A DNA stretch of 64,000 bases from Candidatus Poribacteria bacterium (GTDB lineage Bacteria; Poribacteria; WGA-4E; WGA-3G). This document shows, piece after piece, positions 8,027-19,411 of this stretch (position 1 is its first letter; each line of letters starts with the position of its first letter). Under the pieces are notes generated by a model. It was not told where the DNA came from, ran no database searches, and was given only the letters and a program-made list of their open reading frames with translations. Where the stretch lies: contig OZ219752.1 of the NCBI GenBank assembly GCA_964291315.2, positions 224,001 through 288,000 of the forward strand, written 5' to 3'. Position numbers and translations under genes: made by a program.

Positions 8027-9796
8027 ATGTCTTACGAGGTTCTCGCCCAAAAATGGCGTCCCCAAAAGTTCAGTGATGTTGTCGGGCAAGAGCACGTTAC
8101 GACTACCCTGAAGAATCAGATTTTGTCGGAGCGCGTTGGACATGCATACCTCTTCTGGGGGCCACGGGGCACTGGTAAGACGACTGTTGCCCGGATTTTT
8201 GCTAAGGCTGTCAACTGTCCTAACCGCCTTCAAGAAACCCAGTTTGATGAGACCCTAACCCCGGAACCCTGCAACGAATGTGGATTTTGTGATGAGATTT
8301 CGCACGGTAGGTCCCTGGATGTGTTTGAGATGGATGCTGCTTCCAACCGTGGCATCGATACTATTCGGGATCTCCGCGAAAACGTTAAGCTCTCTCCGGC
8401 TGCCTGTCGCTATAAAATCTATATCATAGATGAAGCACACATGCTGTCTTCGGAAGCTTTTAACGCCTTACTTAAAACGCTTGAAGAGCCGCCCCCACAT
8501 GTTATCTTCATCATGGCGACAACTGAGCATGCCAAGATTCCTAAAACCATCAGTTCTCGCTGCCAAGATTTCGATTTCCGACATCTAGAAGACGAAAAGA
8601 TAATAGAACGTTTGCAGCTGATTGTCAAAGACGAAGAGGTTTCGGTAGATTTGGACGTGCTCACACTCATCACTCGTCAGTCTGAAGGATGCCTCCGAGA
8701 CGCGGAGAACCTGTTAGAGCGCCTCATTGCCTCAGCAGGAAAAGATTTGACGATCGAGGCTGTTGAGCAAACTATTGGACTCGGCTCGTCTTCTCTGCTG
8801 CGTGACCTTGCTGTAGCAATTATAAAAAGGCATCTTGCGAAGGGATTGAAAACCCTAAATGACTTGACAAAGCAAGGAACTGATCTGTCGAAATGTCTCG
8901 ATCAACTCATCAGCTATTTCCGAGATCTCCGACTCTTGGCAATCGACAGCAACCTAAGCGAACTTATTCAGAGTCCTAAGTCAGATCTCCCTGAACTTAA
9001 ACAACAGGCTGAACAGATGTCGGTGAGGCGCCTATCTCGGATTGTTAGAATCTTGATGTATACGAGTCATGAGATCAGACAGTACGGATACCCGCAACTC
9101 CAATTAGAAACTGCATTCATTCAACTTAATTCACTTGAAGAAGGCATTTACCTCGGAAAGATTGTCGATAAATTATCGGCATTAGAGCGGAAATTTGATA
9201 CGGTAGGGGTTCCAACAACAGCGGAGATACCGCCGCGACAGGTTGCCGTACCTTCATCTGAAAACCCGAAAAATATACAAACTGCATTCCGGGGGCCTCC
9301 TTTAACCACATCCGGCAACGGTGCAGCGAGGGCATATGATGGCAAGCAACCTGCAACGCCGGCTTCACCCGCCTCGGGCGTATCGATTGCTTCACCGACC
9401 TCGCCGCCTATATGTTCACTATCAGAATTACCTGAATTTTGGGAGGAGATAAAATCGGGACTCCCTACAAGGATTTGTCATGGTCTACTTGCAGACTCCG
9501 TTCTATCTGTCAACGCTACCGATGTGGTTGAAATCGGGTGTTTGCCTTCATCTTTCCCTGTAATTATGGATCGCGACAAAGCAGCTATAATTGAGGCGCT
9601 GACGGAGGCTGTCGGTCAGCCTGTAAAGATTCGTCTAGTTGTTTTAGAAACTGTTCCTGGAGCCGCAGGAGCTAGGAACATGCCCGAACAGAAGAATCGG
9701 AAAACGCCACATATGCGGAAAGTAGAGGCTGAGGACGATCCACAACTTAAAACAGCGCTGACGCTCTTTAGGGCCACAGTTATAGGGACCGAATAA
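8027..9796 (+). CDS. dnaX: DNA polymerase III subunit gamma/tau
   Basis: MSYEVLAQKWRP, GPRGTGKTT, DAASNRG, IIDEAHML, NALLKTLEEPP, SRCQ; ATG after AAGGAAGG. Confidence 0.97.
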   Translation: MSYEVLAQKWRPQKFSDVVGQEHVTTTLKNQILSERVGHAYLFWGPRGTGKTTVARIFAKAVNCPNRLQETQFDETLTPEPCNECGFCDEISHGRSLDVFEMDAASNRGIDTIRDLRENVKLSPAACRYKIYIIDEAHMLSSEAFNALLKTLEEPPPHVIFIMATTEHAKIPKTISSRCQDFDFRHLEDEKIIERLQLIVKDEEVSVDLDVLTLITRQSEGCLRDAENLLERLIASAGKDLTIEAVEQTIGLGSSSLLRDLAVAIIKRHLAKGLKTLNDLTKQGTDLSKCLDQLISYFRDLRLLAIDSNLSELIQSPKSDLPELKQQAEQMSVRRLSRIVRILMYTSHEIRQYGYPQLQLETAFIQLNSLEEGIYLGKIVDKLSALERKFDTVGVPTTAEIPPRQVAVPSSENPKNIQTAFRGPPLTTSGNGAARAYDGKQPATPASPASGVSIASPTSPPICSLSELPEFWEEIKSGLPTRICHGLLADSVLSVNATDVVEIGCLPSSFPVIMDRDKAAIIEALTEAVGQPVKIRLVVLETVPGAAGARNMPEQKNRKTPHMRKVEAEDDPQLKTALTLFRATVIGTE

Positions 9797-9915
9797 CCGC
9801 GTCCGAATATGAAAGACATATTCTTATAAGGAAATTTCTATTGTACTAAGCATTTTTGTAAGGCGTCAACCGCTTATACGTATACGATATAAAATTGTTT
9901 GGAGGCAGAAAAACT

Positions 9916-10224
9916 ATGAAAATGAATGACCTGATGAAGCAGGCGCAACAGATGCAAAAGCGGATGCTTGAGATCCGTGAGGAACTTGCAAATAGAACAG
10001 TTGAAGCAACTGTCGGAGGCGGGATGGTAACAGCTATCGTCAATGGACAGCAGGAAATTGTTTCGCTCCATATTACCCCTGAAGTCGTTGATCCGGATGA
10101 TACTGAAATGCTTGAAGACTTGGTTGTCGCTGCTATTAATGAAGCACTGCAACAATCGCAAGAATTGATGTCCTCGGAAATGAATAAATTAACCGGTGGA
10201 CTTAAGATTCCAGGACTCCCCTAA
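9916..10224 (+). CDS. ybaB: YbaB/EbfC nucleoid-associated protein
   Basis: LMKQAQQMQ, GGGMVT, EMLEDLVVAAINEA; between dnaX and recR. Confidence 0.95.
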   Translation: MKMNDLMKQAQQMQKRMLEIREELANRTVEATVGGGMVTAIVNGQQEIVSLHITPEVVDPDDTEMLEDLVVAAINEALQQSQELMSSEMNKLTGGLKIPGLP

Positions 10225-10282
10225 CCGGAATTGGGGCAAGGTTTAGATAACGCCTGCCTCTCGGGCTGCCCATCGTAAAAAA

Positions 10283-10897
10283 ATGCAAGAATACCCGAAA
10301 CCGCTAGCGAGACTTATTTCTGAGCTTCAGAAACTGCCAACAATTGGGCAAAAGACAGCGCAGCGCTTAGCATTTTTTATGCTAAAATTACCTGATAGCG
10401 AGACTGCCCAAATCGCAGATGCGATTGCACAAGTAAAGAATCTCTTAGGTTACTGCGGTATTTGTAGTGCTATTACAGATGCCAATCCGTGCTATATCTG
10501 TACAAACCCACGCCGCGACCAACAGATCGTCTGCGTTGTTGAAGAGTCTGATGACCTATGGGCAATTGAGCGAACGAATGGCTATAAGGGTCTTTACCAT
10601 GTCCTCGGAGGCGTTTTATCCCCATTAGATGGAACTGGGCCCGATGAACTCGGCATTAATAAACTTTTTCAACGGATTCGGCAACCTGCTGTAGCAACAG
10701 AGCCTATTCAGGAGGTAATACTCGCCACAAATTGGACCACTGAAGGCCAAGCGACGGCTCTCTACCTTACGCAGCACTTGGAAATGTTTGATGTCGCTGT
10801 TACTCGAATTGCTTACGGTATTCCGGTTGGTGGGGATCTAGAGTATATTGACGAGGTAACCCTTGCAAAGGCATTAGAGGGTAGGCGAAGAGCTTAA
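10283..10897 (+). CDS. recR: Recombination mediator RecR
   Basis: LPTIGQKTAQRLAF, C4 zinc finger, YHVLGGVLSPLDG, Toprim domain. Confidence 0.97.
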   Translation: MQEYPKPLARLISELQKLPTIGQKTAQRLAFFMLKLPDSETAQIADAIAQVKNLLGYCGICSAITDANPCYICTNPRRDQQIVCVVEESDDLWAIERTNGYKGLYHVLGGVLSPLDGTGPDELGINKLFQRIRQPAVATEPIQEVILATNWTTEGQATALYLTQHLEMFDVAVTRIAYGIPVGGDLEYIDEVTLAKALEGRRRA

Positions 10898-11890
10898 ATG
10901 AAAAAACAAACGTTCGTACTCATAGCACTCTTTATAGTGGTTAGTGGCCAGCTGTCAGCTGTTGGTAAAGAGGACGTTCTATCAGGAACCCGTGCAGGTG
11001 CTGCCACAAATGAGTTGCCGATAACTGGTAACCGACAACCAACAGCCGTCTTTGATGCACAACGTGCTTTTGCAATATTAGAAAAACAGTGTGAATTCGG
11101 ACCGCGCCCGCCCGGTTCGCCAGCACACCTTCAAACGCAGCAGTATTTGTTCACTGAGCTAGAAAAATATGCGAATAACGTAACATTCCAGCCGCATCAG
11201 CACAAAACACAGGGGGGCACACTTCAACTAAATAATATCTTAGCGGAATTTAATCCTGCTGCCTCAACCGTTCTGGGGAATGCCTCGAGTGCGGATACGC
11301 TCCTACTCGCTGCGCATTGGGATACGCGCCCCGTTGCTGACCGAGATCCAAAGCCCGAGAATCGAGATAAACCGATTCTCGGGGCCAATGATGGTGCTTC
11401 AGGGGTCGCTGTCCTTCTTGAGATTGCTAGGGTGTTAAAGCAACGACCACCGCCCCGTCGAGTGATTATCGTTCTTTTTGATGGGGAGGACTACGGTCTA
11501 TCGACGGATGACATGTTTATTGGTTCTCGTTACTTTGCCCAAAATCTGGGAAACTGGCGACCAGACTACGGCATACTGCTAGACATGGTTGGGGATAAAG
11601 ATTTGAGCATTCCAATAGAGGGTTACTCTTGGAGTGCAAATCGCGAATTCACCCAGGCAATCTGGGATCGGGCAGCAGCGCTCGCGTTGTCTCCGTTCCA
11701 ACAACGCTTAGGGGCGGCGATCTTGGACGATCATGTTCCACTCATCAAAGTAGGTATTCCAATGGTTAATATTATTGATTTCACGTATCCATATTGGCAT
11801 ACGGTTGAAGACACAGTTGACAAGTGTAGTCCAAAAAGCCTTGAAGTTGTCGGTACCCTGGTCATGAGTATTATTTATGATGGACTTTAA
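10898..11890 (+). CDS. M28 family peptidase (glutaminyl cyclase-like), secreted
   Basis: AHWDTRP, GANDGASGVAVLLE, FDGEDYG, LLDMVG, DDH, YWHTVEDT. Confidence 0.88.
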   Translation: MKKQTFVLIALFIVVSGQLSAVGKEDVLSGTRAGAATNELPITGNRQPTAVFDAQRAFAILEKQCEFGPRPPGSPAHLQTQQYLFTELEKYANNVTFQPHQHKTQGGTLQLNNILAEFNPAASTVLGNASSADTLLLAAHWDTRPVADRDPKPENRDKPILGANDGASGVAVLLEIARVLKQRPPPRRVIIVLFDGEDYGLSTDDMFIGSRYFAQNLGNWRPDYGILLDMVGDKDLSIPIEGYSWSANREFTQAIWDRAAALALSPFQQRLGAAILDDHVPLIKVGIPMVNIIDFTYPYWHTVEDTVDKCSPKSLEVVGTLVMSIIYDGL

Positions 11891-11928
11891 TCAAATTTTG
11901 TGGTCTTCTTTGCTAACAGGGAAGAGAT

Positions 11929-13833
11929 ATGAATACGTATCAGAAACATTACGATGTTATTGTAGTTGGAGCAGGACACGCGGGGTGTGAGGCTGGGCTT
12001 GCCGCTGCGCGGATGGGATGTGAAACACTCATTCTCACTATCAATCTTGATACAATCGCAAAAATGTCTTGTAACCCGGCTATCGGCGGTCTTGCGAAGG
12101 GACATCTTGTTAAAGAAATTGATGCCCTCGGGGGCGAGATGGCGAAGAACATTGATAAAACAGGCATTCAATTCCGGCGTCTAAATACCAAAAAGGGGCC
12201 AGCGGTTAGGTCGAGTCGGGCGCAAGCGGATAAGAAGGCGTACCAAGATGAAATGAAACGCGTCTTAGAGGCGCAAGAACGACTTGACATCAAACAGGTA
12301 CTCGTGGAAGAGCTCCTCGTTGAAAACGGCAAATGCGTTGGAATTCTCAGTCAGACGCGGACTGCCTATTTGGGTGAAGCTGTAATTCTTACGACCGGAA
12401 CTTTCTTGCAAGGCATAATTCATATCGGTGATGTTTCGTATAAGGCGGGTAGAGCGGGGGAATCCTCTGCGGAGAAGCTGTCGGAGAGTTTTTTGAACCT
12501 CGGCTTTGAAATTGGTAGACTCAAAACAGGTACTCCCCCTCGCGTCAATGCGCACACAATTGACTTCAGCCAGATGGAAATTCAACCTGGTGATGAAGAA
12601 CCACTCCCTTTCTCCTTCACAACCGAACGGATTACGCAGCCCCAACTGCCCTGTTATCTGACTTACACGAATGAAAAAACCCATGCCATTATCCGTGAAA
12701 ATCTTCATCGGTCTGCAATGTACAGTGGTCGTATTGTTGGCATCGGCCCCCGGTATTGTCCGTCGATTGAGGACAAAATTGTTCGCTTCGCCGAAAAAAC
12801 TGGGCATCAAGTTTTCGTCGAACCGGAGGGTAGAGCTACAGAGGAAGTCTACCTAAACGGAATTTCTGCAAGTTTACCTGAAGATGTGCAGGTGAAGATG
12901 GTGCACAGTATCAAGGGGCTAGAGAGCGCTGAAATCATGCGCTTCGGATACGCTGTTGAATACGATTTTGCTCCGGCGACCCAGCTGCGGTCAACCCTTG
13001 AGACGAAGCTCGTCTCTGGTCTCTATTTCGCGGGACAACTCAATGGCACGACCGGCTATGAGGAAGCCGCTGCGCAGGGGCTTATGGCAGGGATCAATGC
13101 AGCTTTAAAGGTGAAAGGTGAAAAACCGCTTGTTCTTGACAGGGCACAAGCCTACATAGCCGTGCTGTTGGACGACCTTGTCACCTTGGACATTCGTGAA
13201 CCTTACCGGATGTTCACATCTCGTGCTGAATATAGACTCACATTGCGAGAGGACAATGCTGATCTAAGGCTTACTGAAGTAGGGAGACAGATTGGACTCG
13301 TCGAAGACAATAGATATCGCCAATTTCAGAAGAAATCCGAAAATATCCAAACAGAATTGAGGCGGTTGCAGAAGACCGTTCTCAGACCGGGACACCCACC
13401 GTTTACTAGAGATGGGGAGGGCGTGCCTATTGAGATCTGGACGAATATAGCTAAAACGGGTGAATTAAAACAACCTACCTCCTTGGCAGAACTGCTGAGA
13501 CGTCCTGAGCTTCATTATGGAGAAATAAGCCAGCTTGCACCATCACCGGAAATTCTGTCAGAAGTCGTAAAGGAGCAAGTAGAGATTCAAATTAAATACG
13601 ACGGCTACATTCAACGACAGCAGCGACAAATTCACCAATTCAAAAAGATGGAGAACTTCCTAATACCCGAGTCATTTGACTACATGGATGTTCCTGGGTT
13701 AAAGGCGGAAGCCCGTGAGAAACTCATGCAGATCAGGCCTACTTCTATCGGACAAGCCTCGCGCCTGCCTGGGGTTTCGCCTGCTGATGTCTCAATATTA
13801 ACAGTTGTTCTTCATAGATACAACGCAACATAA
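11929..13833 (+). CDS. mnmG: tRNA uridine-5-carboxymethylaminomethyl(34) synthesis enzyme
   Basis: [52 protein letters not shown]. Confidence 0.98.
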   Translation: MNTYQKHYDVIVVGAGHAGCEAGLAAARMGCETLILTINLDTIAKMSCNPAIGGLAKGHLVKEIDALGGEMAKNIDKTGIQFRRLNTKKGPAVRSSRAQADKKAYQDEMKRVLEAQERLDIKQVLVEELLVENGKCVGILSQTRTAYLGEAVILTTGTFLQGIIHIGDVSYKAGRAGESSAEKLSESFLNLGFEIGRLKTGTPPRVNAHTIDFSQMEIQPGDEEPLPFSFTTERITQPQLPCYLTYTNEKTHAIIRENLHRSAMYSGRIVGIGPRYCPSIEDKIVRFAEKTGHQVFVEPEGRATEEVYLNGISASLPEDVQVKMVHSIKGLESAEIMRFGYAVEYDFAPATQLRSTLETKLVSGLYFAGQLNGTTGYEEAAAQGLMAGINAALKVKGEKPLVLDRAQAYIAVLLDDLVTLDIREPYRMFTSRAEYRLTLREDNADLRLTEVGRQIGLVEDNRYRQFQKKSENIQTELRRLQKTVLRPGHPPFTRDGEGVPIEIWTNIAKTGELKQPTSLAELLRRPELHYGEISQLAPSPEILSEVVKEQVEIQIKYDGYIQRQQRQIHQFKKMENFLIPESFDYMDVPGLKAEAREKLMQIRPTSIGQASRLPGVSPADVSILTVVLHRYNAT

Positions 13834-13925
13834 TTGTCGGCAGAAGGGCGTGTGGACGCTATCTATGTCGCCGGCACCTATCACACATTCTCCTACTGGC
13901 TGAAAGCTGATGGTCATAAAAATAA

Positions 13926-14594
13926 TTGGTAAATTATAGACAGCACTTAAAAGAAGCGTTTAATGATTACGGATTTCCCTTGAAGACACATCAAGTCGCA
14001 CAACTTGCCCGATACCGGGATGAGTTACTGCGTTGGAATGCATGTATGAATTTAACCGCAATCACGAATGATGAGGAGATTATTCATAAACATTTTCTTG
14101 ACTCACTGAGTATCTTGAAATACATTACTTTGGAAGATGGTGATGCCGTTATTGATGTCGGGACAGGTGCTGGATTTCCAGGAGTTGTACTCAAAATCTA
14201 TGTGCCTGGGATCCGGCTAACACTCGTCGAATCTTCAGAAAAGAAAGCAAGTTTTCTAAAGTTTCTTGTTCCACAATTGCAGTTGCATCAAATGGGGAGC
14301 GTTGCAATACTCGCTGAGCGCGCGGAAGTTTCTATACAGAACCAAGTCCACCTTGCGGCATACGATTGGCTTTTTACTCGTTATGTTGCTACCATTGCAG
14401 ATTCAGCAAATTATTGTCTGCCCTTGCTAAAGGTGGGCGGCAAGTGGATAGCTTACAAGTCTATCGAGAATAACATTAGAGCTGAAGTCGACAAAAGTAC
14501 GACGCGTCTCAATAGCCTCGGCGGAACAGTTGAAACCGTCATTACGAGCCCGAAATTTAACCGGAGTTATGTTGTGATGTGCCGTGTTAGATAG
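13926..14594 (+). CDS. rsmG: 16S rRNA (guanine527-N7)-methyltransferase
   Basis: WN..MNLTAI, HFLDSL, DVGTGAGFPG; follows mnmG. Confidence 0.93.
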   Translation: MVNYRQHLKEAFNDYGFPLKTHQVAQLARYRDELLRWNACMNLTAITNDEEIIHKHFLDSLSILKYITLEDGDAVIDVGTGAGFPGVVLKIYVPGIRLTLVESSEKKASFLKFLVPQLQLHQMGSVAILAERAEVSIQNQVHLAAYDWLFTRYVATIADSANYCLPLLKVGGKWIAYKSIENNIRAEVDKSTTRLNSLGGTVETVITSPKFNRSYVVMCRVR

Positions 14595-14739
14595 TGTGTC
14601 TAACAGCGGAGAATAAAGATTTTCGTATGCAAGGCGTCGTATAAGCAGGGCATGAAGCCTAAAAGATTCGCGTTGTAGGAAACTAGAACGGCATTTTCAA
14701 AAGTATAATTTGGCTAAATAAGATACTGAGGAAAAATCT

Positions 14740-15078
14740 ATGAATTTCGATACAACAATTGGGGAAAAAAATATTCCTATTCTTCATGTAGAGGGAAAAA
14801 TTCTCGGAAATGCAGCTGATATATTTCGCACGGAAATGAAACAGCAACTTCAAATAGCGAGCGGTAAGCTAGTTGTTGATTTGATGAATGTGCCCTTAAT
14901 TGACAGCAATGCGTTAGGGGCGATTGTACTCATAGTGAAATATTGTCAGGAATCGGGCGGTAAATTAGTTTTGCTCAATCCACAGAAAGCTGTCCGCGAT
15001 GTTTTAGAGGTAACCCAGCTTGCAACCGTTGTTGAAATTTATGACACAGAGGAGAGCGCTAGTGCCGCTTTAATGTAA
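14740..15078 (+). CDS. STAS-domain anti-sigma factor antagonist (RsbV-like)
   Basis: VVDLMNVPLIDSNALG with phosphoacceptor Ser. Confidence 0.88.
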   Translation: MNFDTTIGEKNIPILHVEGKILGNAADIFRTEMKQQLQIASGKLVVDLMNVPLIDSNALGAIVLIVKYCQESGGKLVLLNPQKAVRDVLEVTQLATVVEIYDTEESASAALM

Positions 15079-15134
15079 CAAAACAGAACCTGCCCGCAAA
15101 AATTGCCGTGATGAAGACGGGAGGTAAGGATCCT

Positions 15135-17522
15135 ATGGAGCGTTCTCGATTTAAGGTCGGGTTGCGAGGTCAACAGATTGTCCTCTTTCTGTTAGTTGCC
15201 CTGATGCCGTTGTTTGCTGTTTCATTAGTCATAAAAATTCTTGGGGAGAATGCTCTCAAGGACAATGTTGGAGAAAGCCTCGTACTCCTTGCCGAAGAAA
15301 AACTTGCACGCGCAGATGATGCTATCTTCCAACGGATCGCAAACATTCAAGCGGAGCTGCCGAACATCAAAGCAGCGGTTGTGCGATCGAATAGTGCGCA
15401 AGGCCAGCAAGCAGTATTTTTGAGCGTATGGGCGCGACTAGAAGACAGTGTTCGTTTGCTTGAGACTTATGCTGGCTATAAAACTGAGGTAACGATCACA
15501 AATGCTTCGGGCTACGTCCTACGCTCGAACAACCGACAGTTGGATTACGACACAACAAAGAAACGTCCGTATACCATAAAAGACAAGAAGTGGTGGAAAA
15601 GAGCTTACAATAATGGAATAGGCTACCAATTTGTGGAAGATGTCATTTATGATAGGGTGCGCGGGATATACATTCTGCCAATCGCGTTCCCTATACGCAC
15701 AGATGTTAAGATTTCTAGTTCGCGACAGGAAAAGAATACAGTCGGGGTGCTCAGAACAATTTTGTTGCTGCCTGAGCTTGCCAGTTTAGTCAAGGCGCGA
15801 GGTGAGCTAGCGGGAACATATACCGTTTTAACGAATGATTCTGGTAAAATCATAGCAGCTTCGGCTGAAAGCGGATATCGTATAGATAATTACATGGAGA
15901 TGAATAATGCTGTAGAAGAAGCAATTATTGAGGGGAAAAAGGGCAGTAGTGGGAAGTATTATGACTATGAATCGGACGGTGAAACGGACGCCCTCGGTGA
16001 AGAGCGTGTCTACGGTTGGGCGCGGACTCGGGCTTCGACTGCCGAACCCTGGAAGGTACAACAGAATTTTAGCAATTGGATACTCTTTATTTCTCGTCCT
16101 ACCTCTTCGGCTTACGCCGGGGTCGTTAAGCTAAGTAGGTACATTTTTTATGTTACCATTGCATCAAGCGGTATCGTTGTAATTATTGCCTGCTGGGCTG
16201 CCCAAAGGATAGCAAGACCGATATTGGAAGTGGCGGCGGCAGCGGACAGCATTGGACAAGGAGAATTTGACAGTCAAATTCGCGTTCAGAGCGATGATGA
16301 AGTCGGAGTACTCGCCGAAAAATTTAATGAAATGCGACACAACCTCAAAATTGCGGTTGAGAAACTAAGGCAAGAAGAGAAAAAGCTTACCGCTATTGTT
16401 GAGAACCTCGGTGAAGGGCTTGTTGTTGTTGAACTCGATGGACAAGTGTTATATGTTAATCCTGTAGCTGAGCGCCTTTTGGATATTGGAAGAACTGCTG
16501 GCTATCAAAATTTTATCGATGTTGATACGGAAATCGGCACGATCACTTGGAGGAAGCGATTAATCGGCGCAGCAGATGTGACTGCACATACAAAAACGGT
16601 TGATCTAAAAATCTTGTCCTCTGCACCGCACCGGATAGAGCGTCACCAAGCAATGATTGCCGAGATGGAAGTCAATCGGAATCACTCAGATACTGAAAAG
16701 CGGGTGCTTCGGATTATAGCTAGTCATTTTTCTGATGAGGCTAATAATGTGGCAGGAACTGTTTATGTCTTTGATGACATCACACATCAGCACGAAATAG
16801 AGCAGATGAAATCGGAATTCGTTTCATTGGTGTCCCATGAATTGCGGACGCCCTTAACCTCTATTATCGGATTTATTTCGCTGATACTTGATGGAAAAAC
16901 AGGGAGAATAAATCAGAAACAGTATGAAAGTTTGACTCGAGCACACCGCCAGTCAAAGCGCCTCGCTGACCTTATCAACGATTTGCTTGATATCTCCCGC
17001 ATTGAGGCGGGACGTATTGAGATGAAGCGGGAGCAGGTCCAAGTAGACCGGATCGCTAGACGGAGGATTGAAGAACTCCGCCCGCAAGCGGATGAAAAAG
17101 CTATCGCTTTGTTATTGGATGCTAAACCGGGCCTGCCGGTATTGATTTCCGATGCAGATCGGATTGGACAAGTCTTTATTAATCTCATCGGAAACGCGAT
17201 TAAGTTTACCCCCTATGGTGGGAAAGTGACGGTGAGAATATCAACATCTCCGCGGAATGTAAGCCCTGCCGAGGGGATTCATGTTGAAATCATTGACACG
17301 GGCCCCGGCATCCCGCCTGAAGACCGCGAAAAAGTTTTTGATAAATTCCAGCAACTCAGGAACGATCGAACGCAACAGCAGGGCGGCACCGGATTAGGGC
17401 TCTCAATTGCCTCTAGGATAGTTGAAGCGCACCGAGGAAGACTATGGGTCGATACCGGTGATAACGGTCAAGGCTGCAACTTCCAATTTTTTATCCCGAG
17501 AGGACAAGAGGAAAATGGCTGA
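15135..17522 (+). CDS. Membrane sensor histidine kinase (Cache-like, HAMP, PAS, HisKA, HATPase)
   Basis: VSHELRTPLTSI, NAIKFT, DTGPGI, GGTGLGL; start chosen from the GGAGG RBS. Confidence 0.92.
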   Translation: MERSRFKVGLRGQQIVLFLLVALMPLFAVSLVIKILGENALKDNVGESLVLLAEEKLARADDAIFQRIANIQAELPNIKAAVVRSNSAQGQQAVFLSVWARLEDSVRLLETYAGYKTEVTITNASGYVLRSNNRQLDYDTTKKRPYTIKDKKWWKRAYNNGIGYQFVEDVIYDRVRGIYILPIAFPIRTDVKISSSRQEKNTVGVLRTILLLPELASLVKARGELAGTYTVLTNDSGKIIAASAESGYRIDNYMEMNNAVEEAIIEGKKGSSGKYYDYESDGETDALGEERVYGWARTRASTAEPWKVQQNFSNWILFISRPTSSAYAGVVKLSRYIFYVTIASSGIVVIIACWAAQRIARPILEVAAAADSIGQGEFDSQIRVQSDDEVGVLAEKFNEMRHNLKIAVEKLRQEEKKLTAIVENLGEGLVVVELDGQVLYVNPVAERLLDIGRTAGYQNFIDVDTEIGTITWRKRLIGAADVTAHTKTVDLKILSSAPHRIERHQAMIAEMEVNRNHSDTEKRVLRIIASHFSDEANNVAGTVYVFDDITHQHEIEQMKSEFVSLVSHELRTPLTSIIGFISLILDGKTGRINQKQYESLTRAHRQSKRLADLINDLLDISRIEAGRIEMKREQVQVDRIARRRIEELRPQADEKAIALLLDAKPGLPVLISDADRIGQVFINLIGNAIKFTPYGGKVTVRISTSPRNVSPAEGIHVEIIDTGPGIPPEDREKVFDKFQQLRNDRTQQQGGTGLGLSIASRIVEAHRGRLWVDTGDNGQGCNFQFFIPRGQEENG

Positions 17523-18759
17523 AACAATTTTAGTTGTTGATGATGATCTAGACATTCTTGAGCTGCTCAGGATGAACTTGGAACCTGAGGGATACGATGT
17601 ACGGACCGCGAGTGACGGCAAGCAGGCAGTGGAAGTCGCCTTCGTGAACCCACCGGATCTTATTCTTCTTGATGTCATGATGCCGCATAAAGATGGCTTC
17701 CAAGTCATTGAAGAACTGAAAACCAGGGAGGAGACTAAAACTGTTCCCGTTATTCTCCTCACGGCGCGTGGCCAAACGGAGGACAAGGTTCAAGGATTAG
17801 ATGCCGGTGCAGATGATTACATTACTAAACCGTTTGATCTCCCCGAGGTGACAGCGCGGGTTAAGGCGGTTCTCGGAAGAACACAGCCCATCAAATATAT
17901 CAATCCGCTTATGCGTGCAATGGGGGCTGGATTCAACGAGGCAGGCATTCAACAGCTCGCTGGACATCTGCAAGCTGCCGCTGCTATTCAGAAAAAGCTG
18001 TTACCAGAGCGAGCCCCTGATTTTCAAGGGTTTGACATCGGTATCCTTCTTCAGAGTTCTATGTCAGTTTCTGGAGATTTCTACGATTTCATTCCGTTAA
18101 GTGATACACGCCTCGGGGTCGTCCTTGCTGATGTCAAGGGAAGCGGAATCCCCGCAGCACTTTTGATGGTGATGATTCGTACAGCGCTGCGTCTACTCTG
18201 TCGGGAAGAGGAAGATCCTGCTTTAATTCTCAAACGGATTAATGATTTGGTTGTCCGGGACACTGAGGCGACCCTCTTTGCAACAATGATTTATGGGGTA
18301 CTGGACACGGCGACTTCCACCTTCGCCTATGCTAACGGTGGACACTGCCACCCGTTGCACCGGAAAAGTACGGGGATAATAGATGTTTTAAAAACGAGCA
18401 GCATGTTGGTTGGTGCATTTGAAGAAGCGGTGTTTGCAAGTAATACCTGCCGCTTAGCCCCGGGGGATATTGTTGTTTTCTACACAGACGGTATTACTGA
18501 AACTAACGGTGGCGATGCCCCGAGGCTTCATCAAGATAAGGGAGCATTGGAAAATTCAGAGGAAGCTAACGTATGTCAGGCAGCAACCCCGGCGGATATG
18601 TTTTATGGTCAGCATCAACTTGCTGCCTGCGTTTCTAAAAACGCTGAATTGTCTGCATCGGCATTATGTGAGGCAATTGTCGAAGACTTATCCGTGTTTT
18701 CTGGAAGCACAGAACCTCATGACGACAGAGCTTTAGTTGTGATCAAACGCAACGTTTGA
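17515..18759 (+). CDS. Response regulator fused to SpoIIE/PP2C phosphatase (RsbU/RsbP-like)
   Basis: ILVVDDD, LLDVMMP, KPF receiver; VSGDFYD, ADVKGSG, YTDGITE, HDDRALVV. Confidence 0.92.
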   Translation: MAETILVVDDDLDILELLRMNLEPEGYDVRTASDGKQAVEVAFVNPPDLILLDVMMPHKDGFQVIEELKTREETKTVPVILLTARGQTEDKVQGLDAGADDYITKPFDLPEVTARVKAVLGRTQPIKYINPLMRAMGAGFNEAGIQQLAGHLQAAAAIQKKLLPERAPDFQGFDIGILLQSSMSVSGDFYDFIPLSDTRLGVVLADVKGSGIPAALLMVMIRTALRLLCREEEDPALILKRINDLVVRDTEATLFATMIYGVLDTATSTFAYANGGHCHPLHRKSTGIIDVLKTSSMLVGAFEEAVFASNTCRLAPGDIVVFYTDGITETNGGDAPRLHQDKGALENSEEANVCQAATPADMFYGQHQLAACVSKNAELSASALCEAIVEDLSVFSGSTEPHDDRALVVIKRNV

Positions 18760-18997
18760 ATTAAAACGGGCATTCGTTATGGTTTTGCTTGTATAGCATG
18801 CTTTTAACGTGATGAATATTATTCAGTTATTTTCTGGATTCGCTTTTCGGGTCTAAGATCTCGGCAGATTAACCGTATTTTCAGCTGTAGTCGAGAAAAT
18901 TACTGAATTAAATTTCTCAACGTCATCAAGCTAAAACTTAAACTAAAATTACAAAAGACGGGCTTACTCTCAAAACCCGTAAAGAAGGAGCTTCAAC

Positions 18998-19411
18998 GTG
19001 GGCGAGAGAACTGAACAGGTTATTACGCTTTCTCTCCCAAGCTCAATGCAACATGTTTACCTCCTCGATGTTGTCGTCACTGAGATATTAAAAGAGATGA
19101 GTTTCAGTGAGGATATCCAAGAGCAGATTAACCTTGCTGTCATTGAAGCGGGTACAAATGCAATCAAGCACGGCAATAAAGAGGACCTCGGCAAAAAAGC
19201 CGCTTTTGACTTCATTCTTGCTGAGGATAGACTAACCATTGTCATTGAGGACGAGGGAGACGGATTCACGCGTCAAGAGGTCGCAGATCCACTGCACCCA
19301 GAGAATTTACTCAAAAGCAGTGGGAGGGGTCTATTTTTGATGGAGTCTTGTATGGACTCTGTAACTTATGAAGCCAAAGGCACGATTATTAAAATGGTGA
19401 AATATAAATAG
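18998..19411 (+). CDS. Anti-sigma factor Ser/Thr kinase (RsbW-like)
   Basis: EAGTNAIKHGN, DEGDGF, SGRGLFLM. Confidence 0.9.
   Translation: MGERTEQVITLSLPSSMQHVYLLDVVVTEILKEMSFSEDIQEQINLAVIEAGTNAIKHGNKEDLGKKAAFDFILAEDRLTIVIEDEGDGFTRQEVADPLHPENLLKSSGRGLFLMESCMDSVTYEAKGTIIKMVKYK

Noticed and set aside
10895-10900. recR-M28 read-through fusion (TAA ATG in frame)
   Set aside because: RecR is complete and the next gene starts with its own signal peptide; simple translational coupling
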